A stretch of DNA of 64,000 nt from Candidatus Latescibacterota bacterium (GCA_963791045.1 CAWBQK010000004.1:1-64000); one strand, 5' to 3'. Shown: positions 36,851-47,881, counted from the first letter of the stretch. A program made the numbers and translations. Notes: generated by a model not told the origin, from the sequence alone.

Positions 36851-37792
36851 ATGTCTGTGTTTGTGACCCGATTTGCCCAATGGATTCAAGGATATTTGGA
36901 CCTGTCAATTCCCACTCTGGAACGGTTCGCCTGGACCTTTCTTGTTCTATTGATCTATCTTGTCCTGCGCTTGAGCGTATCCGCCATCCTTCACAGAAGA
37001 ATCAACGATACGTCCAAGAGATATCTTCTCATAAAATCCACGAACTACTTCCTGGGTTTTACGTTCGTGATTGTCGTGATGATCATATGGTTTGGCAACA
37101 TCACCGGTTGGGCGGCATACTTGGGAATTCTGTCCGCCGGGCTCGCAATCGCACTCCAGGATCCTGTGACGAACCTTGCTGGATGGGTTTTCATCGCCGC
37201 GCGCAAACCATTTGCGGTTGGAGACCGGATTCAAATTGGAGAGCACCGTGGCGATGTGATCGATATGCGGCTATTCCAGTTCACGATCGTCGAGATCGGT
37301 AACTGGGTTTCGGCGGATCAAAGTACGGGCCGGATCATTCACATTCCAAATGGGTGGGTTTTCAAAAGCAGCACCGCGAACTACACAGCCGGATTCAATT
37401 TCATATGGAACGAGCTGCCCATTACGGTCACATTCGAGAGCAACTGGGTGAAGGCCAAAGAAATCCTTAGTGAAATTGCTACCAAACACTCCGTTCTAAG
37501 AGGCAATGAGGCCCAGGACCAGGTTCGCAAGGCTGCCCGCAAGTATTTGATTCACTTCCAACACCTCACTCCCATCGTTTGGACTTCCGTGGTGGACATC
37601 GGTGTTACGCTGACGATTCGATATATATGTGACCCCCGCAAGCGCCGCTCGACAGAGGCCGCAATCTGGGAGGAAGTTCTCGAAGGGTTTGCTCGAGCCG
37701 AAGATATCGACTTCGCGTATCCTACAACGCGATTCTACAACAACGTTTCGGAGGGTAAACCGGAAGCACGAGCCACAACCAACGAGGGGTGA
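36851..37792 (+). CDS. mscS: MscS-family mechanosensitive channel
   Basis: TM helices, GILSAGLAIALQD...N.AGW, PF.VGDRIQIG...GDV.D and IPN motifs. Confidence 0.9.
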   Translation: MSVFVTRFAQWIQGYLDLSIPTLERFAWTFLVLLIYLVLRLSVSAILHRRINDTSKRYLLIKSTNYFLGFTFVIVVMIIWFGNITGWAAYLGILSAGLAIALQDPVTNLAGWVFIAARKPFAVGDRIQIGEHRGDVIDMRLFQFTIVEIGNWVSADQSTGRIIHIPNGWVFKSSTANYTAGFNFIWNELPITVTFESNWVKAKEILSEIATKHSVLRGNEAQDQVRKAARKYLIHFQHLTPIVWTSVVDIGVTLTIRYICDPRKRRSTEAAIWEEVLEGFARAEDIDFAYPTTRFYNNVSEGKPEARATTNEG

Positions 37793-37839
37793 GCGACTCC
37801 TCTGAGGTAATCGCCACCCCATCGTGGTCTCTGACCTGA

Positions 37840-39360
37840 CTATAAGTATTCTCCCCTGCGCTTGAGGCTCAGTGTGATTCCACCGCCACCAAGACCCAAC
37901 ATGATCACGGACTGGACCATCGTCTTCCACTGAATCGTCTCCGACATGAAGATTGAATCAGCGAAGAACAAGACACCGGCAACCCCAAGTATCGCATAAA
38001 CCACGATCATGATCTTCCAGGCGTTGCGGTTTGTCTCCGGAGTGTCGTCGGCGAAGAATTTGTTGTAGAGAAGCATACCGAGAAAACAAACCACGCCGAG
38101 TACGGCAAAGATCCCCCAGAACAACCGAATATGCGAGAGAACATTTGCCTCGAGCGCCACGCCCGCCTGCACGAGGTCGGCAGGTGGAACCACCGGGATA
38201 AGAATCTTATCGTACATAATCGCGCCGAAGTTGGCGCCGAAGAGGCTGCCGATCACGCCGTAAAGGAACGCGTATCCCATATACACGGCCACGTTGTCCT
38301 TTGGCGCGACGAGCCCCACGTAACTGTAATATTTCGGATGCGCCGTCATCTCACCAACAGAGAACACGGCGATGCCGATGAGAAACCACCATGGACCGCT
38401 TGTTAACGCAAGAAGCAGGAATCCAAGTGCTCCAATCACAATTCCGGCGGACATCACCGGGAGCGGCTTAATATCCCTGCATATTCGACTGACGAGAATC
38501 ACACCGAGGATGATCGTCGCCGCGTTGACAATCGTGACGAACTCTGCATCGAAGGTGAAGAATTTGAGAACGGGAATGTGCGACATATATTCGGTAACGA
38601 CTGCTCGGTTGACGAAGTCCCGCAGGTACCAGAGTGCCGATCCGAACATCTGGAAGTAAAGAATCCAGAAGGTCGAATAAACCAGGATCATAAGCATGAA
38701 GCGCGAGTCGCCAAGAACCATGAGCGCCTCGTGCGCGGTGTCCCGCGCGCTCTTTGTGTTCTCTGGCTTTCCCGCGGGATCTTTGTAGAAGAACACCGTG
38801 GGGATGAGCATCAGGAAACACCAGATGGCCGAGTTCAAGAATACGTACTGCCAGCTGATTCCCTTAAGAACATTGACGATAAACGGTGCGATGAAAGCGC
38901 CCAGGTTGATGCACCAGTAGTAAACGCCGAAGCCGAATCCGCTGTTCTCTTTGGTTGTGGTCCGCGCCACAGTGCCGGTAATGATCGGCTTGAAGAGACC
39001 GCTACCCGCCGCCATAATGAGCAGGAAGAGGAAGACGAGACCGTACGAAGTGAAGTTCCCCGCCGCAAAATAACCGATGGACAGAAGCGAAAACGCGACG
39101 AGCAGCATCTTGCGGTAACCCAACCGTTCGGCAAGCGCGCCGCCGGCGATGGGCATGACATATGTCAGGGCGTAGACGAATCCCTGGAGGAATCCGACCG
39201 ACTCGACGCTGAACTTGAGATGATCATGGAGATAGACGGCGAGGATGGCGTTGAGACCGTAGTACGCCCCCCGCTCGAAAAACTCGAACATGTTGGCGAG
39301 CCAAAAAGTCCCCGGGAGGCCGCTCTTTCCCCCAGCCTTGGTCGTCACATCATCGCTCAT
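37840..39360 (-). CDS. MFS transporter, POT/PTR peptide-transporter-like
   Basis: EFFERGAYYG (ExxER motif), GGALAERLG, GSGLFKP and YYWCINLGAF; multiple TM helices. Confidence 0.85.
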   Translation of the reverse strand: MSDDVTTKAGGKSGLPGTFWLANMFEFFERGAYYGLNAILAVYLHDHLKFSVESVGFLQGFVYALTYVMPIAGGALAERLGYRKMLLVAFSLLSIGYFAAGNFTSYGLVFLFLLIMAAGSGLFKPIITGTVARTTTKENSGFGFGVYYWCINLGAFIAPFIVNVLKGISWQYVFLNSAIWCFLMLIPTVFFYKDPAGKPENTKSARDTAHEALMVLGDSRFMLMILVYSTFWILYFQMFGSALWYLRDFVNRAVVTEYMSHIPVLKFFTFDAEFVTIVNAATIILGVILVSRICRDIKPLPVMSAGIVIGALGFLLLALTSGPWWFLIGIAVFSVGEMTAHPKYYSYVGLVAPKDNVAVYMGYAFLYGVIGSLFGANFGAIMYDKILIPVVPPADLVQAGVALEANVLSHIRLFWGIFAVLGVVCFLGMLLYNKFFADDTPETNRNAWKIMIVVYAILGVAGVLFFADSIFMSETIQWKTMVQSVIMLGLGGGGITLSLKRRGEYL

Positions 39361-39551
39361 GCAGGACTCCTTCCACGGATTTTCGTCGTAAGAACTCGAA
39401 AGCGCCGGGCGTCTTCACCGACACCCGGCACATTCGATGATTTGCGCCATTTTAGTACGAACGGGCAATCCTCACAACCCGTTATTTTCAATCGGGATAA
39501 GGAAAGAGCCTTCCTTGAAATCAGTGGAACGCCCATCGACGGGCTGCAAAG

Positions 39552-41023
39552 CTACTCAACGCGTCCAAGAAGCTCCCCGGCGCGCGATGCCACAGCGTCG
39601 GCGATTTCGTCGTAGTTCGACATCACGGCGACAATGTACCCGCGTCGAGGTACATATCGAGCTTTGCGCTAATCCCCGAGAACCCGCCGCTGTGCCCCAC
39701 GACCTTCCCCAGGGAACCGTTATTGATTCCAAAACCAAACCCGTACCCCACTTCCGACTGCGGTGTCCACATGGTGTCGAGCGTCGCTTTGGAGACAAGT
39801 TTGCCGCTTTCGATGGCAAGCGCGAAACGGTGGAGATCGCCGACCGTGGAGAATCCGCCTCCGGCTGGCCCGCCCTTTATAACGTGCATGTACAGATTGT
39901 TTCGATAACCAAACTTCGTGTCGGAATCCGGCGTGTAACCGATCGCGAGATTCTCCACAGGGAGGTCCATCTCGTAGCTGTCCGAACGCGTCATCCCCGC
40001 GGGCGCGTAAATATTCTCGCGTATGTAGTCGAAGTAACTTCCTCCAGTAACCGATTCGATAACGACACCGAGGATCAACATTCCGGTGTTACTGTACTGG
40101 AACTCCGAACCGGGTTCGAAGGCAAGCGTCTCACCCTGTACGAGCGCCTTGAAATCATCCACATCGCGGAAGAGTGCGCGCGACCCTTTGACGTAAGCGT
40201 CATTGAAATAGCTGCCGAGCCCCGACGTGTGGCTGAGAAGATGACGGATTTTGATTTTCTTCGTCATCTCCAGCGGAAGCCAGGTTTCGTCAACGTATGC
40301 GCTTATTGCGTCGTCGTACGAGAGCTTGCCCTGTTCGACGAGTTGCGCGATGGCCGTCGAGGTAAACATCTTGTTCATCGACCCGAGATTGAATCGGGTC
40401 TCGATTGTGTTCGGTACGTGGAATCTTTTGCTCGCCTCTCCACACACATAAGTAAAGATAACGTCGTCGCCCCGGGCGACCAGCACCGTCCCACTAAAGA
40501 TATCTTTGCCGTTGAGCATCTCTACGAACTCCCTCAGTTCGTCTTTGAACCCAGCTTCAGAGAGCGGCGCTTCGACCGGGAGATTCGATGGCCGCCGTGC
40601 ATCCCCAAACCGGATTCCGGCAATCAGGTTTTTCCCGCCCTCATCGAATGACAACACGATACTGCGCCAGAATCCGATCTTCCGGTCTTTCAGGATGACG
40701 ACCGTCTGTCCCGCCCGCTCGGGCGTGTATGTCCGCACGCTGTGAAAATCGATACCACTGGTGTTGCCGAACACTTCGAGAAAGACATCGACGTGCTCCT
40801 CCATCGGGACCATCGACTTGAATTCATCGGTGCACTCGTTCTCGATAAAAGCGCGAATTCTTTCGGGATCTCCCGAGTTAACCACGTCAATCACCGAACG
40901 AATGCGTTCGCCGACCGCCCCTTCGGGTATTTTGCTGACATCCGCGTACTCCTCGGCCTGCGCCGTCACGGACACCACACACACGAGACACACCAAAAGA
41001 TAAAGCACGGCGAAGCGTTTCAT
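39552..41023 (-). CDS. Secreted serine hydrolase (beta-lactamase/AmpC-like family), frameshift near 39640
   Basis: Signal peptide from 41023; SMNK (SxxK), LLSHTSG, YSN and GHSGG motifs. Adding one G restores YLDAGYIVAVMSN...GRVE* ending at 39552. Confidence 0.85.
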
Positions 41024-41150
41024 TCGACGACCTCCATTCAAACCAAAGTATTTATGCTTTGAACGCAATATCTGATTGTACGGTTTGACCGTCTCGCGGG
41101 TTCCACCTATAATGAAGCCCACTTTTCATTCGAACACTACCAACGCGAGG

Positions 41151-44100
41151 ATGGCCATGCGACCCCTTTGTTTAATTTCGCTAATTATTCTCCTCTTTTT
41201 GCCGACGCCTGACGTCGTTGCCACATCAAAAAACGCCCCGGTCCCCGGTGTTGGGCCGGCGCCGTTCGACCTGGTCGACCCGTTTATTGGGACGGGTGGA
41301 TTTGGGCACACGTACCCCGGCGCCACGCTTCCCTTTGGGATGGTCCAGTTGAGCCCCGACACACGGACCTCGGGTTGGGAAAACTGTTCCGGGTATCACG
41401 CGTCAAACCCAACGATCCTCGGTTTCAGCCATACGCACTTGAGCGGCACAGGCGCCACCGACCTCGGAGATATTTTATTTATGCCCACAGTCGGCCCGCT
41501 TCAAACCGATCCCGGAGACGAGTCGGATCCTGGGACGGGTTACAGGTCGTCATTCAGCCATGATAGCGAGCACGCCGAGCCGGGCTACTACAAGGTCGTA
41601 CTCGACGATTACTTGACAGACGTCGAACTCACAACGACCGCACGGGTGGGATTTCACAAGTATACGTTCCCCACATCGGTCGAATCCCATGTCATCGTCG
41701 ATCTCACCCATGGGATCAGCGACCGCGTTATCGACTCCGGTATCGAGATCTTGAACGAGACGGAGATTACGGGATTCCGACGCTCACGCGGTTGGGCCCG
41801 CGATCACACGATCTATTTTGCCGCGGTGTTTTCGAAACCGTTTGCGTCGTGCGGCACCGTCGAAGACACCACTCTCACATTGAGCGGTCTCACGGCGCGG
41901 GGCACACGGGTGAAAGCGTTCTTTGACTTTGTCACTTCGGAGCATGAGCCAATCCTGGTCAAAGTGGGGATTTCACCGGTGAGTATTGACGGGGCGCGCA
42001 ACAATCTCGATACCGAGATTCCGCATTGGGAATTCGACGACGTGAGATCGAACGCCAGGACGGTGTGGAGCAAGGCGCTCTCAACGATCAAGGTCGAAGG
42101 CGGCAGTAAACACGAGAAGATCAATTTCTACACGGCGCTCTATCACACGCTGATCTGTCCGAACCTCTACACCGATGTCGACGGGCGTTACCGCGGTGTC
42201 GACGGGCAGATACACACCGCAAAGAATGGCCCCGTGTATACAGTCTTTTCGCTCTGGGATACATTCCGCGCGACACATCCTCTTTACACAATCATAGCGC
42301 CCGAGATGGACGCCGCGTTTGTTCGCTCGATGCTTCTAAAGTATGACGAGGGCGGACACCTTCCCGTGTGGGAGCTCCACGCAAACGAAACAAACTGCAT
42401 GATTGGATATCACTCGATACCCGTGATCGCCGACGCCTATGCCAAGGGTATCCGCGACTTCGATGCCGGGGGCGCTTTCTTCGCTATGAAGAAGAGCGCC
42501 GACCGCGATCACCGCGGCCTCGAGCCCTATCGCAAGTTCGGATACATTCCGAACAATCTCGAGAACGAGTCGGTGTCGAAAACCCTCGAGTACGCCTACG
42601 ACGATTGGTGTATCGCGGAGATGGCGCGCCTGATGGGCCGGTCGCGCGACCACGAACGCTACCGCCGCCGCGCAAAATACTACGCCAATGTCTTCGACGC
42701 ATCCACCGGGTTCATGCGCGCCAAACAAAACGGGAGCTGGGTCGCCCCCTTCGATCCCAACCAGGTGAGTTACATCTACACCGAGGCCACCGCGTGGCAG
42801 TACCGGTTTTTTGCCCCTCACGACATTGAAGGACTCATCGATCTTATGGGTGGCGACGAAGCGTTTGTTGCCGCGCTCGATAGTCTCTTCACCACCTCCC
42901 CGACGCTCACCGGCAACGATCAACCGGACATCAGCGGCCTCATCGGTCAGTACGCCCACGGGAACGAACCCAGCCATCACGTCGCCTATCTTTACAACTA
43001 CGCGGGTTCGCCGTGGAAGACACAGCGGCGCGTTCGCGAAATCATGGATGAGCTCTATAAGCCAACCACCACAGGGCTGTGCGGGAACGAGGACTGCGGC
43101 CAGATGTCCGCGTGGTACGTCTTCAGCGCGATGGGATTTTATCCGGTCTGTCCGGGGTCGGACCAGTACGCCATCGGAAGCCCTATTTTCGATCGTGTCG
43201 AAATCGATCTCGGCGGCGGACGGACATTCGCCGTCGCCGCTTCAAACGAAATGGACGACGGCGACGCTATAGGTGACGGGACACACCCCTATATTCACCG
43301 GGCTCGACTCAACAACAGACCTTACTCAAAGTCGTTTATCACACACGGCGATATAGTCCGGGGCGGAGTGCTAGAACTCGACATGGGCGCCGAACCCAAC
43401 ACCGAATGGGCTGCCGCCAAAGCCGGCCGGCCAACCTCCTCGGTCGGGCTCGATGTCGTGATGAACCCGTTCTTCACCGCTACCGCGCGGTCTTTCCGTG
43501 ACACGATGACCGTCGCCATCGGGTGTTATACGCCGGACGCGGAGATTTTTTATACAACAGACGGTCGCGACCCGTCGCGCCATTCGAACGCTTACGCGGG
43601 GCCGATCGTTCTCGAACAAACAACAACCCTCAAGGCCATCGCTTTCGGCACGAACATGGAACCGAGCATTATCGAGACGGCCGATTACATCCGCATACCC
43701 CACACCTACACCATTGAATACGATTCCCCCTACCACCGCGTGTACAACGCGGGCGGCGACAACGGGCTCCTGGACGGAATACGCGCGGAGGAGAGTTCTT
43801 TCGCCGACTGGCAGGGTTTTCTTGGTGTCGACCTGAGCGCGACAATCGACCTCGGAGAGGTTCGTTCGCTGCGCCGGATATCCGCGGGCTTTCTCCAGAA
43901 GTACTGGTCGTGGATTTTCCTGCCCTCCTCGGTCGAGTTTTCGATATCCGCCGACGGGAAAACATTCAAATCGCTGGGTGTGATTTCAAACGATGTACCG
44001 GTGGACTACACCGACACAATCGTCAAAGAGTTCACAAAAAAGGTTCGCCGCAAGCGCGCCCGTTATGTCAGAATCACGGCAACGAATATCGGCGTCAACC

Positions 44101-44165
44101 CGCCCCAGCACCCCGGCGCAGGACATGACGCGTTTATTTTCGCGGACGAAATCACCATCGAGTGA
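41151..44165 (+). CDS. Secreted GH92 alpha-1,2-mannosidase with Fn3-associated and F5/8-like C-terminal domains
   Basis: VDPFIGTGG.GHTYPGA..PFGMVQLSPDT, FSHTHLSGTG, SLWDTFR, VSKTLEYAYDD, HGNEPSHH, GNEDCGQMSAWY, IFYTTDG.DP and FIFADEI motifs. Confidence 0.93.
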   Translation: MAMRPLCLISLIILLFLPTPDVVATSKNAPVPGVGPAPFDLVDPFIGTGGFGHTYPGATLPFGMVQLSPDTRTSGWENCSGYHASNPTILGFSHTHLSGTGATDLGDILFMPTVGPLQTDPGDESDPGTGYRSSFSHDSEHAEPGYYKVVLDDYLTDVELTTTARVGFHKYTFPTSVESHVIVDLTHGISDRVIDSGIEILNETEITGFRRSRGWARDHTIYFAAVFSKPFASCGTVEDTTLTLSGLTARGTRVKAFFDFVTSEHEPILVKVGISPVSIDGARNNLDTEIPHWEFDDVRSNARTVWSKALSTIKVEGGSKHEKINFYTALYHTLICPNLYTDVDGRYRGVDGQIHTAKNGPVYTVFSLWDTFRATHPLYTIIAPEMDAAFVRSMLLKYDEGGHLPVWELHANETNCMIGYHSIPVIADAYAKGIRDFDAGGAFFAMKKSADRDHRGLEPYRKFGYIPNNLENESVSKTLEYAYDDWCIAEMARLMGRSRDHERYRRRAKYYANVFDASTGFMRAKQNGSWVAPFDPNQVSYIYTEATAWQYRFFAPHDIEGLIDLMGGDEAFVAALDSLFTTSPTLTGNDQPDISGLIGQYAHGNEPSHHVAYLYNYAGSPWKTQRRVREIMDELYKPTTTGLCGNEDCGQMSAWYVFSAMGFYPVCPGSDQYAIGSPIFDRVEIDLGGGRTFAVAASNEMDDGDAIGDGTHPYIHRARLNNRPYSKSFITHGDIVRGGVLELDMGAEPNTEWAAAKAGRPTSSVGLDVVMNPFFTATARSFRDTMTVAIGCYTPDAEIFYTTDGRDPSRHSNAYAGPIVLEQTTTLKAIAFGTNMEPSIIETADYIRIPHTYTIEYDSPYHRVYNAGGDNGLLDGIRAEESSFADWQGFLGVDLSATIDLGEVRSLRRISAGFLQKYWSWIFLPSSVEFSISADGKTFKSLGVISNDVPVDYTDTIVKEFTKKVRRKRARYVRITATNIGVNPPQHPGAGHDAFIFADEITIE

Positions 44166-44174
44166 GAGGCCACG

Positions 44175-46055
44175 ATGATCGAATTCACAATCCTCGACTG
44201 GGTGTGGATGATCCTGTACCTGCTGCTTATGATCGGGTGCGGGGCGCTGTTTTATCGCCTCGGTAAACGCTCCGAGGCCGATTTCTTTCTTGCCGGACGC
44301 GGTCTCCCCTGGTGGCTCCCGGCCACGTCGGTCTATGCGACGCACACCGCCACGGACACACCGATGTGGATTACCGGCGTTATCTACCAACATGGGATGC
44401 GCGGCCTCTGGTACACGTTCTTTTCGGCGTGGTGCGCGATCAGTGCGTTCGTCAGTTCGCGTATTTTCCGACGATCGCTCGCGTACAGCCAGGCCGAGTG
44501 GCAGAGCCTCAGGTTCGGCGGACTCGGCAGCGAGCTACTCCGCGGGTGGATGGCCGGGTGGATGGTCTTTTTGAACATGTTTATTCTGGGCTGGGTGGGG
44601 ATGGCAATGGGCAAGGTTTGTCACTTCGCCTTCGGGTGGCCCGAGTGGATCGGGCTTATCGTCTTCTCGAGCGTCTGTGCCATTTATGTCCTTGCCGCGG
44701 GTTACTGGGGCGTGGTGATGGCCGATTTCCAGCAAGGGATCATCGCCTTTGTCGCGATCCTCATTGTGAGCCTTTGGAGTATCCACGCGGCCGGCGGACC
44801 CGACACCATTGTCACCAAGCTTCATGAAATGGGTGAATCGTGGCGCCTAAACCCCTTTGGCTTCACAGGTTTCTTCTCTGGAGACTTTCCAGCCGCCTGG
44901 TTCCTCACTATGCTGGTCATTGCCGTGATTGGCGGGTTTGGTATGGGTACGGCGATCGACTGGTACTCGGAAGCCCAGCGCATCCAGTCGGCCAGGACGG
45001 TCCGTGACGCATCCTACTCGATCTGGGTGGGGACGGCGGTCGTGCTCAGCAGAAATGCTTTTTGGGCGGCGGCGATTCTCGCTTTTTATGTCATCTCGCC
45101 GGGACTCACCGATCGCTCCGAATACGAGCTGGGATGGTTCAAGATGGGTTTCGACTACCTCCCCGCCGGGATGCTCGGGCTATTCCTCGCGTCGATTGTG
45201 GCGATCCATCTGTCGACCATATCGACGCACCTGAACCTCGGCGCGGTATACGCGACGCGCGACCTCTACCACCACTATGCAAAACCAAAGGCAAGCGAAC
45301 GCGAACTCGTCTGGGTCGGCCGTATTTCGACCGTCGTCTTGCTCGTCGGTTCTTTTTTCTACGGCCTTATGATGGAAGAAATCACGAAGTGGCTTATCTT
45401 CGCGCTTTGGATCATGGCGGCGGGGGTGTGGCTCCCCAACATACTCCAGGTTGTGTGGTGGCGATTCAACTCGTGGGGTTATCTCGTCGCGTGGATGGCA
45501 AACCTGGGGCTCAGCTGGCTCGTCGTCTGGGTGCTTCCCGCTTTTGGAATCCTCCCCGGGCTCCCGGATTATCTGCAGTTCTGGATTCTGATGGGACTCG
45601 GCGCGCTTATTTACATCCCGGTGACGTACCTCACACCCAAAGAAAACATGGACCATCTGGTGAAGTACTACGTGATGTCGCGCCCGATCGGCTGGTGGGG
45701 GCCTGTGCGAAAAGAAGCGGAAGCCCGCGGCCTCGTCGCTGAGTCGAAGGTCGATCGATCGACGCCGATCAAACGCACGTGGAACGCCGCGGAAGCGGAT
45801 GAATGGACACGCGAGGATTGGCTCGCCATCATTCTATCCCCGCTTTCCTACATGGCGATTATGGTAGGGCTGGCGCTGGCGCTGCTAAAGATATGGATCG
45901 GTGTCCTCGCGCTTGTCTTCGGGCTTGCGTGCGCGGCGGCGATGTACTGGATCATCGATCCGAAATTGAAAGCGATATCCGCGGAGTACGAAACGAAACA
46001 GAAACATTATCTGGAAGAACTCGACAAGATCATGAAATGGGAGACGACGGAATGA
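44175..46055 (+). CDS. Sodium:solute symporter with an extra C-terminal two-TM extension
   Basis: DFFLAGRGLPWW, ATDTP, G.WGV...DF.Q, AQRI.SA and STI.THLN.G motifs. Confidence 0.88.
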   Translation: MIEFTILDWVWMILYLLLMIGCGALFYRLGKRSEADFFLAGRGLPWWLPATSVYATHTATDTPMWITGVIYQHGMRGLWYTFFSAWCAISAFVSSRIFRRSLAYSQAEWQSLRFGGLGSELLRGWMAGWMVFLNMFILGWVGMAMGKVCHFAFGWPEWIGLIVFSSVCAIYVLAAGYWGVVMADFQQGIIAFVAILIVSLWSIHAAGGPDTIVTKLHEMGESWRLNPFGFTGFFSGDFPAAWFLTMLVIAVIGGFGMGTAIDWYSEAQRIQSARTVRDASYSIWVGTAVVLSRNAFWAAAILAFYVISPGLTDRSEYELGWFKMGFDYLPAGMLGLFLASIVAIHLSTISTHLNLGAVYATRDLYHHYAKPKASERELVWVGRISTVVLLVGSFFYGLMMEEITKWLIFALWIMAAGVWLPNILQVVWWRFNSWGYLVAWMANLGLSWLVVWVLPAFGILPGLPDYLQFWILMGLGALIYIPVTYLTPKENMDHLVKYYVMSRPIGWWGPVRKEAEARGLVAESKVDRSTPIKRTWNAAEADEWTREDWLAIILSPLSYMAIMVGLALALLKIWIGVLALVFGLACAAAMYWIIDPKLKAISAEYETKQKHYLEELDKIMKWETTE

Positions 46056-46192
46056 ACGAAGGGTTGTCGGTACTTATAGGGATGTCGATCGCCTACGTGG
46101 CGTCTTTTCTGGGGATGGTGCTCGCTTACGTCTCTTATAAACGTCGCCAGAAGGAACGCGCATCAACGACGAAGCGAGATACCGATGTATAA
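46052..46192 (+). CDS. Small single-TM protein (46 aa)
   Basis: ATGA overlap with the SSS stop; MNEGLSVLIGMSIAYVASFLGMVLAYVSYKRRQKE... (hydrophobic helix plus basic tail). Confidence 0.6.
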   Translation: MNEGLSVLIGMSIAYVASFLGMVLAYVSYKRRQKERASTTKRDTDV

Positions 46193-46334
46193 ACTTTTTC
46201 TCATGGCCACGATCTTCGCCTCAAACCGCCCGGTGACACTCCTCTGGGGCATCATCGTTCCCGGCGTCCTCTTCGCGTTCGCCTTCTTCGTCACATGGGC
46301 CCTCTACCGCCGTTTCGCCCGCAAACCTGACTGA
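46185..46334 (+). CDS. Small membrane protein (49 aa)
   Basis: Overlaps the previous stop; MYKLFLMATIFASNRPVTLLWGIIVPGVLFAFAFFVTWALYRRFARKPD*. Not in the ORF track. Confidence 0.6.
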   Translation: MYKLFLMATIFASNRPVTLLWGIIVPGVLFAFAFFVTWALYRRFARKPD

Positions 46335-46501
46335 ACACAGGCTCCTCCGAATGAATCTTTCGCCGATTGGCCCGCGCTTGCTCGCTTTTGCGAGCGTGGA
46401 TTCACGGGGAATGGCGACCTCTGCTTGCGCTCGCGAACGCTCGACGTGCGCGGGGGCCCCATCGGCGCCACCCGCGCCAACTTCTGTAGTCCCAATTGAG
46501 G

Positions 46502-46613
46502 CGGGGCGGTCTTTCCACTCGGCCCTTTCGCGGGAGCGAGCGAGGATCCACAGTCGGCGTAGCCGGCGGTTAGCCGAGCGAAGCGGAGCGAGGGCCGTAG
46601 AAAGACCGCCCCG
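46502..46613. repeat. Palindromic REP/MITE-like element
   Basis: 14-bp perfect terminal IR cggggcggtctttc / gaaagaccgccccg, inner cggccct/agggccg, and gagcga-rich internal repeats. Confidence 0.45.
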
Positions 46614-46616
46614 AAG

Positions 46617-46652
46617 AAAAAAACCGCCCGTCGGATTGACGAGCGGCTTTTG
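46617..46652. terminator. Bidirectional terminator
   Basis: aaaaaaa-ccgcccgtc-ggatt-gacgagcgg-ctttt. Confidence 0.6.
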
Positions 46653-46677
46653 TTAAACATAGTGGCTACGAACGATG

Positions 46678-47817
46678 CTACGACAGAATGTCGTGCGAAA
46701 TGACCAATCTTTGGATTTCGTTCGTACCTTCGTAGATCTGGAGAAGCTTCGCGTCGCGCATCAGCTTCTCAACCGGATAATCGCGCATATAACCGTAACC
46801 GCCGAGGATCTGAACGGCCTCGACTGTCGTTTTCATCGCGACATCGGACGAATAACATTTCGCCATCGCGGACTCGCGGCTTGCTTTCCTATCATTGTCA
46901 AGAAGCCAGGCCGAGTGCCGCACAAGGTGACGGGCGGCATCGATTTCCATGATCATATCGGCCATTTTGAAGCCAATATTCTGGAACGAACTGATCGGTT
47001 TACCGAACTGCCTACGCGACTTCGTGTACTCGATGCAGTACTCGTACGCTGCGCGTGCCACGCCGACACCGGCGGCGCCCACACTCGCGCGGGCCTTGTC
47101 GAGCGTCTTCATCGCGACGACAAATCCGAGACCCTCTTTTGCCAGGAGGTTCGACTGCGGGATTCGGACATCATCGAAAAACACTTCCGCCGTGTTCGAT
47201 GCGCGCTGACCCATCTTGTCCTCGATCTTGCCGATCTGGATGCCCGGCGTGTCGTTCGGAACAATAAACGCACTCATTCCACGGGTTCCCTTGCCCTTAT
47301 CCGTACTGGCGAACAGAACGTGAAGATCCGCGACACCACCGTTGGTGATAAAACATTTCGATCCGTTAATGATGTAGTCAGAACCGTCCTTGACGGCGGT
47401 CGTTTGGACTCCACCGGCGTCGGATCCCGCTTCCCTCTCAGTGAGACCGAAAGCGGCAAGCATCCGTTTCTGCGAGAACGGTGTCAAAAATTCTTTCTTC
47501 TGATCGTCGGTGCCAAAAAGAAGAATCGGAGTAAGGGCCAGTGAATTGGCCATAATACTTGTAAAGAGCCCCGCGCAGCCCGCAGCGAGTTCCTCGCTGA
47601 TGATCGAAGTATCCACCGCCCCAAGTCCTCCTCCGCCATACTCCGTGGGGATACTGCTGCCAAGGAATCCCGCCTGAAACGCCTTGTCCATCACGTCCCA
47701 TGCAAAATCTTTTGACTGATCGTACTTCGCCGCGACGGGCTTCATTTCGTTGTCAGCAAATTTCCTCGCCATGTCCTGAAGAGCTATCTGTTCTTCAGTG
47801 AGCTCAAAACCTATCAC
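46678..47817 (-). CDS. Acyl-CoA dehydrogenase (short-chain/butyryl-CoA type)
   Basis: AFGLTE.EAGSD, INGSKCFITNG, KMGQRAS.T, R.QFGKPI, A.QILGGYGY and IYEGTNEIQR motifs. Confidence 0.95.
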   Translation of the reverse strand: MIGFELTEEQIALQDMARKFADNEMKPVAAKYDQSKDFAWDVMDKAFQAGFLGSSIPTEYGGGGLGAVDTSIISEELAAGCAGLFTSIMANSLALTPILLFGTDDQKKEFLTPFSQKRMLAAFGLTEREAGSDAGGVQTTAVKDGSDYIINGSKCFITNGGVADLHVLFASTDKGKGTRGMSAFIVPNDTPGIQIGKIEDKMGQRASNTAEVFFDDVRIPQSNLLAKEGLGFVVAMKTLDKARASVGAAGVGVARAAYEYCIEYTKSRRQFGKPISSFQNIGFKMADMIMEIDAARHLVRHSAWLLDNDRKASRESAMAKCYSSDVAMKTTVEAVQILGGYGYMRDYPVEKLMRDAKLLQIYEGTNEIQRLVISHDILS

Positions 47818-47852
47818 ATCGAACCTCCTTTTTGCCGTTTAGCCGAAATCCA

Positions 47853-47881
47853 CTTATACAGGGCCGCGCCATATTTGTCAA
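47853..47881 (-). promoter_or_regulatory. Sigma70-type promoter of the acyl-CoA dehydrogenase
   Basis: Minus strand TTGACA-N17-TATAAG. Confidence 0.65.

Noticed and set aside
39552-41023. Antibiotic-resistance beta-lactamase
   Set aside because: SxxK/YxN/HSG motifs are shared by the broad serine hydrolase and peptidase family; there is no specific support for beta-lactamase activity.
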